Positions 1 to 5,176 of a stretch of 5,661 bases of DNA are shown piece by piece (position 1 is the stretch's first letter; each line of letters begins with the position of its first letter). Source of the DNA: a virus; IMG/VR virus record IMGVR_UViG_3300045988_003155, positions 1-5,661 of that record. One strand, given 5' to 3'. The notes below the pieces were generated by a model. It made no database searches. It worked only from the letters and a program-made list of their open reading frames with translations, and had not been told where the DNA came from. Made by a program: the position numbers and the translations under genes.

Positions 1-119
1 CTTTTTTTTTTATATACTAAAGGCAGTCAAACAGCACAGAAGTGCATTCAACAAACCCTATTTTTACAAAAATAACTTTACGAAAGAGGTGAACCACTCT
101 GACCATCCAAGAAATCAAA
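1..119. repeat. Terminal direct repeat, copy A (identical to 5543-5661); circular-assembly overlap
   Basis: Base-by-base alignment at offset 5542: C+T10+ATATACTAAAGGCAGTC...CCAAGAAATCAAA is present at both ends with no mismatch seen. Confidence 0.95.
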
Positions 120-206
120 ACACTGTTTGACAACATCCAGAAAATCCTTGCCATGCTGGACAAAATCTACCACGCAGTAACAAAGAACAAACCGGAGGTG
201 TAAACC

Positions 207-434
207 ATGGAGAAAAAGACATGGAATGTAAGGGACCAGACCGACGAGAACCTTATGCGGGAGTTGACGAAAACCTACAAAGCAATAGACGCTGCATACA
301 ATATGGTCAGAAAGGCCGCAACAATCGAAGACGCAAAATATTACATTGATCTTGCGTTTCGCAAAAAAGCAGCAGCAAGCGACATCGAAGTGGAAATCCT
401 CAGGAGGGACATCAACCATGGCAAAGAGGAGTAA
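207..434 (+). CDS. Hypothetical protein, 75 aa, predicted helical and charged; no family recognised
   Basis: ATG at 207 follows GGAGGTG (194-200) with an 8-nt spacing from the GGAGG core. TAA stop at 432-434. Same strand as all core genes. The sequence (MEKKTWNVRDQTDENLMRELTKTYKAIDAAYN...) matches nothing I can name. Confidence 0.6.
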   Translation: MEKKTWNVRDQTDENLMRELTKTYKAIDAAYNMVRKAATIEDAKYYIDLAFRKKAAASDIEVEILRRDINHGKEE

Positions 435-537
435 AGTAAGCAAGTCGAAAGACGCAAAAATCTACAACAAGACCGCACGAAAGACCAAGGCTATCAACCT
501 AGGCAGTGGAGCAATGAGAGGGGGCATCCGTCTGTGA
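418..537 (+). CDS. Small highly basic protein, 39 aa; J / ORF8-like DNA-binding (packaging) protein
   Basis: This is the internal ATG of tracked ORF 346..537, whose own start at 346 is a TTG with no RBS. GGAGG (403-407) lies 10 nt upstream of the ATG at 418. The product MAKRSKVSKSKDAKIYNKTARKTKAINLGSGAMRGGIRL has 12 K/R against 1 acidic residue. Its size, charge and position upstream of the scaffold/capsid genes match phiX174 J and gokushovirus ORF8. I recall the C-terminal RGGxRL-type ending from such proteins, from memory only. Confidence 0.6.
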   Translation: MAKRSKVSKSKDAKIYNKTARKTKAINLGSGAMRGGIRL

Positions 538-554
538 GCGCAGTATTCGCAAGC

Positions 555-635
555 ATGACTATGGCATTTATCGCAGCAGGATTTTACCTCATTATTAACA
601 CAATCAACATCATCAAAGAATGGTTCAGTAAATAA
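555..635 (+). CDS. Micro-ORF, 26 aa, single predicted transmembrane helix (MTMAFIAAGFYLIINTINIIKEWFSK)
   Basis: ATG at 555 and TAA at 633-635, below the ORF-track cutoff. It fills almost exactly the otherwise empty 110-nt gap between the stop at 537 and the start at 648. Its stop codon is embedded in the next gene's RBS (TAAGGAG). There is no clear SD of its own, so initiation would need reinitiation 17 nt after the upstream stop. Confidence 0.35.
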   Translation: MTMAFIAAGFYLIINTINIIKEWFSK

Positions 636-647
636 GGAGACAACCAT

Positions 648-884
648 ATGAACGTATACGGAATCTTTGATAAATGCGTGATGGGCTACATCACTATCTT
701 TACCGAACGCGACGACAAAGTGGCCGAACGCAATTTCAAAATCGCACTGACCGACGAACGAAACATCATGAGCAAGACTCCGAGCGATTACCGGCTGGTA
801 AAGCTGGCAAAATTCGACGAGAAAACGGGCCTGTTTGAGAATGAAAAGGAGAACATCTTCGATGGCGTATCGCTCAGTAAGTAA
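648..884 (+). CDS. Small non-structural protein, 78 aa, VP5/ORF5-like (proposed ssDNA synthesis/packaging factor)
   Basis: AAGGAG (634-639) lies 8 nt upstream of the ATG at 648. Its position immediately upstream of VP3 matches gokushovirus synteny (VP4-VP5-VP3-VP1-VP2). The motif PSDYRLVKLAKFDEKTGLF (777-836) resembles the PEDFxLxxxGxFDxxTG signature I recall for this family. No search was run. Confidence 0.55.
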   Translation: MNVYGIFDKCVMGYITIFTERDDKVAERNFKIALTDERNIMSKTPSDYRLVKLAKFDEKTGLFENEKENIFDGVSLSK

Positions 885-1341
885 TTTCAGAGAAACCGCA
901 ATAGCAAAGCCCACTGAGGCCGGAGAGACCATCAGACGGACGTATCTTTGGGAAATCAACGAGAAGGGCGAAAAGGTGCTGACGCTTGACCAGACCATCG
1001 ACCAGCAGGCGGAAATCGATAGCTATCTGGAAGAAACCAAGCTGGAAAACATCATCCGTCGGGCATCCATCGACCCTGACCTTGCGGCCAGACTGGTGCC
1101 GGACATGGGCAATGGAATCCAGGACGCAACCGAGATGCCGAGAAATCTGATGGAGCTTCAGAACATCATGCTGCGAGCGGAGCAAATCTGGGATGAAATC
1201 CCGAAGGAAATCAAGCTCAAGTTTAACAATGACGTCGATAAATTCGTAACAAGCTTCGGAACTATCGACTGGGCAAAAAATCTGGGAATTTATCAGGAAG
1301 AGCCGCCTAAAGAGCCTAAAAAGGAGGAAGCCACTGAATGA
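862..1341 (+). CDS. VP3: Internal scaffolding protein VP3 (159 aa from ATG 862; the tracked ORF begins at TTG 835)
   Basis: AAGGAG (846-851) lies 10 nt upstream of the ATG at 862, whereas 835 is a TTG with no RBS. The C-terminal half IWDEIPKEIKLKFNNDVDKFVTSF (1186-1257) matches the conserved xxLPxxIRxxFxNDPxxF region of gokushovirus/chlamydiaphage scaffold proteins. The stop overlaps the VP1 start (ATGA, 1338-1341). Confidence 0.75.
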   Translation: MAYRSVSNFRETAIAKPTEAGETIRRTYLWEINEKGEKVLTLDQTIDQQAEIDSYLEETKLENIIRRASIDPDLAARLVPDMGNGIQDATEMPRNLMELQNIMLRAEQIWDEIPKEIKLKFNNDVDKFVTSFGTIDWAKNLGIYQEEPPKEPKKEEATE

Positions 1342-3050
1342 ACAGAAACAAAGACGCAGGGTTTAACCAGGTGCCGCGACTGGACATTACGCGAAGTCGC
1401 TTCAAACGGCGGCAAGATGTCAAATTAACCATGAACGCAGGCCAGCTCATTCCGTTCTATGTGGACGAAGTGCTCCCGGGCGATACCTTCAGCATCGACC
1501 AAGCAGCAATTATCCGTATGACGACTCCTATCTTCCCAGTTATGGACAACTGCCACATGGATATTTACTACTTCAACGTACCTTGCCGCATCATCTGGGA
1601 GCATTTCAAACGGTTTATGGGCGAAAACGACACCGGGCCGTGGGCGCAGACTCAGGAATATACCATTCCACAGGTCAAGGTAACCGGCACAACTGAAAAA
1701 CCGGCACCCTATGAGGGAAGCATCATGGACTACATGGGCATTCCTACCAAGGTGAGCAAAGGAACTGATAGTACATTCAGCGTTAATGCACTGCCGTTCA
1801 GAGCCTACGCTATGATTTGGCAAGAGTGGTTCCGCGACCAGAACGTAGACAATCCGGCAATCAACAGCACCGCAGACGCAACCGTAGACTATACGGATGA
1901 TGAGACCAAAGGCATGGACGCAGCAAAACCGGATTTGGAATATATTCTCAAGAACGCATACACCGGCGGCAGACCATTGCCAGTCAATAAGTATCATGAC
2001 TATTTCACCAGCGCACTGCCAAATCCGCAGAAAGGACCAACAGTCAGATTACCAATAACCGGAAGCGCACCTCTAGGAATGTACAACGCCAGTACCGGAA
2101 ATGTAACCATTAACAGCCAAAAAATGAAAGAAATTCTGGTATCGGCAGACATGACAACGAATAACGGCGTATTCAGAGCCTCCGACTGGGACGTAGGATC
2201 TGGACCTACAGCAGACAAAGGCCTTGGGGTCGGATACGAGTCAAGCGGAACGTATAGAGGCGTAACCTTGGGAGCTGACTTATCAAATGTAACAGCCGCA
2301 ACCATCAATCAGCTGCGGCAGGCATTCCAGGTACAAAAATATTACGAACAGCTGGCACGAGGCGGCAGCCGTTACCGCGAGATGATTTATTCGCTGTTCC
2401 ACACCAAAATCAGCGATAAAACGGTACAAATCCCGGAATATCTGGGCGGAACGCGCATTACCATCAACATGAGTCAGGTCATTCAGACTAGCGGAACGAC
2501 GCAGGAAAGTCCTCAGGGCAATACAGCAGCAATAAGTGTTACGCCGTACAATGGCAGCATGTTCACGAAGAGTTTCGAAGAGCACGGCTATGTTATCGGC
2601 GTGTGCTGCATCCGGCATGACCATACCTACCAGCAGGGCTTGGAGCGCATGTGGAGTCGCAAAACTAATCTAGACTTTTACTATCCTGTCTTCGCAAATC
2701 TGGGCGAGCAGGCCATTCTGAAGAAGGAGCTGTATCTCACTGGTACGGAAACTGATGAACAGGCCTTTGGTTATCAGGAAGCTTGGGCAGAGTACCGAAT
2801 GAAACCAAACCGCATCAGCGGCAAGTTCCGTTCGAATGCAACGGGGACGTTGGACAGCTGGCACTACGGCGACAACTACAAAGAGACTCCGAGCCTGAGC
2901 CAGGCATGGATGAAGGAGGGAGATTCCGAGATTCAGAGAACCCTGGCCGTAGACAACGAGCCTCAGTTTATCATGGATACCGTCATCGACAATACGTCTG
3001 TAAGACCTATGCCTATGTACAGCATTCCGGGACTCGTAGACCATCACTAA
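1338..3050 (+). CDS. VP1: Major capsid protein VP1 (phiX174 F homologue), 570 aa
   Basis: AAGGAGG (1321-1327) lies 10 nt upstream of the ATG. The N-terminal region ...RSRFKRRQDVKLTMNAGQLIPFYVDEVLPGDTF...TPIFPVMDN (core at 1446-1490) is the hallmark conserved block of Microviridae F/VP1 proteins. Its length is typical of Gokushovirinae, and it is the largest ORF. Confidence 0.93.
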   Translation: MNRNKDAGFNQVPRLDITRSRFKRRQDVKLTMNAGQLIPFYVDEVLPGDTFSIDQAAIIRMTTPIFPVMDNCHMDIYYFNVPCRIIWEHFKRFMGENDTGPWAQTQEYTIPQVKVTGTTEKPAPYEGSIMDYMGIPTKVSKGTDSTFSVNALPFRAYAMIWQEWFRDQNVDNPAINSTADATVDYTDDETKGMDAAKPDLEYILKNAYTGGRPLPVNKYHDYFTSALPNPQKGPTVRLPITGSAPLGMYNASTGNVTINSQKMKEILVSADMTTNNGVFRASDWDVGSGPTADKGLGVGYESSGTYRGVTLGADLSNVTAATINQLRQAFQVQKYYEQLARGGSRYREMIYSLFHTKISDKTVQIPEYLGGTRITINMSQVIQTSGTTQESPQGNTAAISVTPYNGSMFTKSFEEHGYVIGVCCIRHDHTYQQGLERMWSRKTNLDFYYPVFANLGEQAILKKELYLTGTETDEQAFGYQEAWAEYRMKPNRISGKFRSNATGTLDSWHYGDNYKETPSLSQAWMKEGDSEIQRTLAVDNEPQFIMDTVIDNTSVRPMPMYSIPGLVDHH

Positions 3051-3114
3051 AGTTTTTCGTTATTGTTATCCTAGAATAGCAATAATATAACGTAACAACG
3101 ACAAAAATAAGAAT

Positions 3115-3149
3115 CCTCAGCTGAGAATGTCAGCTGAGGCCTCAGCTGA
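3115..3149. repeat. Three copies of the CCTCAGCTGA palindromic unit (forward 3115-3124, inverted 3130-3139, forward 3140-3149)
   Basis: 3115-3124 pairs perfectly (10 bp) with 3130-3139 across the loop GAATG. In addition, 3130-3149 (TCAGCTGAGGCCTCAGCTGA) is a perfect 20-nt palindrome. The middle arm can therefore pair with either neighbour. Confidence 0.85.
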
Positions 3150-3160
3150 CGAAAGGGGGA

Positions 3161-3191
3161 AGCCCGGGACAATACCCCGGGCTATTTTATT
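3161..3191 (+). terminator. GC-rich hairpin plus short T tract after VP1 (terminator/attenuator-like)
   Basis: AGCCCGGG (3161-3168) pairs with CCCGGGCT (3176-3183) across the 7-nt loop ACAATAC, followed by ATTTTATT. The T run is only 4, so termination would be partial at best. Confidence 0.45.
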
Positions 3192-3998
3192 ATGGCGTTA
3201 GCAGCAATCGGCAGCGCACTACTCGGAATCGGCAAACAACTACTCCCAACGATCGCCGGAGGACTCATAAACAAGTTCCTAGGCGGAAGCTTAATGGAAA
3301 GCAATGGAGGGAGCAGTCAGCACAACGAAAGTACGAGCCAAGGAGGCGGATACAGCAGCTCCGCCAGCGGCGTAAACCGAGAACAAAACCTGCAAGACTG
3401 GAACAGCATGCTAGGAGCAATCCAGGGAAACATGCAAAGCCAGCAAAAATTTAACCGTCGAAGCATGTTCGAACAGATGGGCTATAACACCATGGCAGCA
3501 ATCACTCAAGGTGTATATAACCAAATAAGCAACAACGCAGCAATGTCCTACAACAGCGCAGAAGCAGCCAAAAACAGAGCTTGGCAAGAGCAAATGAGCA
3601 ATACAGCTTATCAACGAGCTGTAGGAGACATGAGAAAAGCAGGCATCAACCCTATCTTAGCATACCAACAGGGCGGAGCAAGCACTCCGGGAGGCGCACA
3701 AGGCACTATCAGCGGGGCAAGCATGGGACTCGCAAGCAGCAGTGCGGCGAATGCAAGCGCTCTCGGAGTAAGCCAGAACCACAACAACACATGGAGTAAA
3801 AGCGAAAGCAACTGGTACAACGCGGCGCAAGCAGTTGGAGACGCTACAAGCTGGTCACACACAAGCGCAGACAAAGCGTTAAAAGCATTCGAAAATGTTC
3901 TGGGCCAGCTGGGAAACCTTACAAACGAAAATCCCAAAGGGAATTCAACAAAGGACAAAGACGGCTTCGGAGGAAGTAAAGGGGGCGAATTTAAATAA
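3192..3998 (+). CDS. VP2: DNA pilot / minor capsid protein VP2 (phiX174 H analogue), 268 aa
   Basis: It has a hydrophobic G/A/L-rich N-terminus, a Q/N/S/G/A-rich low-complexity body, and the conserved block MSNTAYQRAVGDMRKAGINPILAY (3594-3665) that I recognise from gokushovirus VP2 proteins. It sits directly after VP1. There is no adjacent SD. Confidence 0.8.
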   Translation: MALAAIGSALLGIGKQLLPTIAGGLINKFLGGSLMESNGGSSQHNESTSQGGGYSSSASGVNREQNLQDWNSMLGAIQGNMQSQQKFNRRSMFEQMGYNTMAAITQGVYNQISNNAAMSYNSAEAAKNRAWQEQMSNTAYQRAVGDMRKAGINPILAYQQGGASTPGGAQGTISGASMGLASSSAANASALGVSQNHNNTWSKSESNWYNAAQAVGDATSWSHTSADKALKAFENVLGQLGNLTNENPKGNSTKDKDGFGGSKGGEFK

Positions 3999-5017
3999 TG
4001 GGGTGTAACAAACCGTTAATCCGGTTTTATGTACCTCACGACAGGGAAGCGAGTGGGCGAGTGTACTCACTCGCTTCTTTCAACGAGATTCATAAGACCA
4101 AAATGAAGTATGAAGACCTGATGTACCGCAAAGACGTAATGATGATTCCATGTGGACAATGCACAGGATGCAAACTACGCAAACGGAAAGATTGGGCCAC
4201 GCGAATGGAGCTGGAAGCATACAGCCACGACAAGGAAAGCATCTGGTTCATCACACTGACCTATGATGACGATCATATACCAACACAGGACACGGAAACA
4301 GGGGAAATCTTCAAGGGAGGCGTGAACGTATGGAGAAACGCCTCGGAGCGTCCCAGAACGGTGCAAACTTTAAGCGTGGAGGATGTCCAGTTATTCATGA
4401 AAAGGCTTAGAAAGGCCGTTAGAGAGCCTATCAGGTACTTTCTAGCCGGAGAGTATGGAGACAACACATCAAGACCACACTATCACATGATACTATACGG
4501 GTGGTATCCGGACGACTTAAAGCCGATCCACAGACTGTCAAGATTTGGACACTACACGAGCGATAAGCTGGTCAAAGTCTGGGGAAAAGGCACAGTTGAT
4601 ATAGCTCAAGCAACGCCAGAAACGTATAACTATGTAGCTGGATATGTAACCAAGAAGCTGTACGGAAACGACAAAGACAAGTACAAGAAAATGGGACTCA
4701 TACCGCCATTTTGCGTAATGAGCCGAAAACCAGGACTCGGAGACGAATGGTTCCAAAAAAATCAAGAAAGGCTATGGCAACTTGGATACATCCAGCTGAC
4801 AAACGGCAAAAGAGCAGCCATTCCAGAATATTATTGGCGAAAGCTGGAAGCTGAAAATCCTGAAAAGGCATGGAGAATCAAGCAGTATCGACAAGGAAAA
4901 GCCATCGCATCCCTAATCGAAAGAAACATGGAAACTGACAAACGGTATGCCGAACAACTAGCCAATAAAGAAGCAATCATGAAGAAGAAGATGTCCAAAG
5001 CAAAGGGCGTTTTTTAG
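3998..5017 (+). CDS. VP4: Replication initiation protein VP4 (HUH rolling-circle endonuclease, phiX174 A homologue), 339 aa
   Basis: RCR motif I is FITLTYDD (4247-4270). The HUH motif is RPHYHMILYG (His-Tyr-His at 4478-4486, aa 161-163). The two-tyrosine motif III is YVAGYVTK (4631-4654, Tyr212/Tyr216), compare phiX174 A. An N-terminal Cys cluster CGQCTGC is also present (4151-4171). The start overlaps the VP2 stop (TAATG). Confidence 0.92.
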   Translation: MGCNKPLIRFYVPHDREASGRVYSLASFNEIHKTKMKYEDLMYRKDVMMIPCGQCTGCKLRKRKDWATRMELEAYSHDKESIWFITLTYDDDHIPTQDTETGEIFKGGVNVWRNASERPRTVQTLSVEDVQLFMKRLRKAVREPIRYFLAGEYGDNTSRPHYHMILYGWYPDDLKPIHRLSRFGHYTSDKLVKVWGKGTVDIAQATPETYNYVAGYVTKKLYGNDKDKYKKMGLIPPFCVMSRKPGLGDEWFQKNQERLWQLGYIQLTNGKRAAIPEYYWRKLEAENPEKAWRIKQYRQGKAIASLIERNMETDKRYAEQLANKEAIMKKKMSKAKGVF

Positions 5018-5028
5018 CTCTGGTGTCA

Positions 5029-5075
5029 CTCAGCCAAGTAACTATCAAGTATATATACTTGGCTGAGCGTTTTTT
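5029..5075 (+). terminator. Rho-independent terminator downstream of VP4
   Basis: A perfect 12-bp stem pairs CTCAGCCAAGTA (5029-5040) with TACTTGGCTGAG (5056-5067) across a 15-nt loop. CG+T6 follows (5070-5075) and a second T6 lies at 5078-5083. The element starts 12 nt after the TAG stop. Confidence 0.8.
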
Positions 5076-5087
5076 AGTTTTTTATCA

Positions 5088-5128
5088 GCGCGCGCGCACG
5101 CGCGCATAATTGCGCACGTACACGCACG
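5088..5128. repeat. Alternating purine-pyrimidine GC-rich tract (two blocks) with GCGCACG direct repeats
   Basis: 5088-5107 (GCGCGCGCGCACGCGCGCAT) is 20 nt of strict Pu-Py alternation. 5111-5128 (TGCGCACGTACACGCACG) is 18 nt of strict Py-Pu alternation. GCGCACG occurs at 5094-5100 and 5112-5118, and ACGCACG at 5122-5128. Possible hairpins are GCGCGC/GCGCGC around GCAC, and GCGCA(5102-5106)/TGCGC(5111-5115) around TAAT. Confidence 0.85.
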
Positions 5129-5132
5129 ATTT

Positions 5133-5171
5133 TTATTATATTATTATTTACTTGTTGTAGTCGTAGTAGTA
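5133..5171. repeat. Trinucleotide low-complexity blocks: TTA/TAT units (5133-5150) then GTN units (GTT GTA GTC GTA GTA GTA, 5154-5171)
   Basis: Direct reading of TTATTATATTATTATTTA followed by GTTGTAGTCGTAGTAGTA. Confidence 0.7.
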
Positions 5172-5176
5172 GAGGG

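Noticed and set aside
1-119. Terminal repeat as a biological LTR/DTR or transposon end
   Set aside because: The copies are direct, exact, and run to the very ends of the window. The gene content is that of a circular ssDNA phage. Assembly overlap of a circle is the parsimonious explanation.
127-155. TTGACA hexamer at 127-132 as a second promoter
   Set aside because: No acceptable -10 element lies 16-18 nt downstream (GCCATG at 150-155). It sits inside the leader/open frame and is probably fortuitous.
346-417. 5' extension of the basic-protein ORF (TTG 346), and similarly the TTG 835 / ATG 841 extensions of VP3
   Set aside because: Neither TTG (nor the ATG at 841) has an upstream SD. Internal ATGs at 418 and 862 each sit 10 nt downstream of a consensus GGAGG/AAGGAG. 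The longer forms would overlap the upstream genes much more extensively.
2783-3079. + strand 98-aa overprinted ORF inside the 3' end of VP1
   Set aside because: It begins at a TTG, with the only purine-rich element (AGGAAG) just 2 nt upstream. The Arg/Gln/Pro-rich composition is typical of an alternative frame of a real gene. Overprinting does occur in phiX174, but nothing here supports it.
3581-3799. + strand 72-aa overprinted ORF inside VP2
   Set aside because: It has a TTG start and no RBS. The extreme Arg/Lys/His/Gln content arises from reading the A/G-rich VP2 low-complexity region out of frame.
78-4765. All other minus-strand ORFs in the track (78..443, 462..998, 874..1185, 1425..1997, 2000..2308, 2283..2624, 2670..3047, 3411..3614, 3611..3958, 4175..4366, 4273..4467, 4538..4765)
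   Set aside because: Each lies entirely antisense to a confidently identified + strand gene. They have Cys/His/Val/Leu-rich shadow-frame composition, no recognisable motifs, and no RBS that I could find.
5007-5077. 11-nt direct repeat GCGTTTTTTAG (5007-5017 and 5067-5077) and 10-nt repeat TAAAGGCAGT (5359-5368 and 5560-5569)
   Set aside because: Several exact 10-11-mer pairs are expected by chance in a 5.5-kb sequence. The first pair is also largely a T-run. They were not treated as features.
5099-5126. dif/XerCD-like site, since some gokushoviruses integrate at dif
   Set aside because: CGCGCGCATAA matches the E. coli XerC arm GGTGCGCATAA at 9 of 11 positions. The sequence where the XerD arm should lie (ACGTACACGCA versus TTATGTTAAAT) matches at only 1 of 11, and the central region is unrelated. 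A half-site inside a GC-repeat tract is not convincing. This can only be settled by comparison with the actual host's dif.
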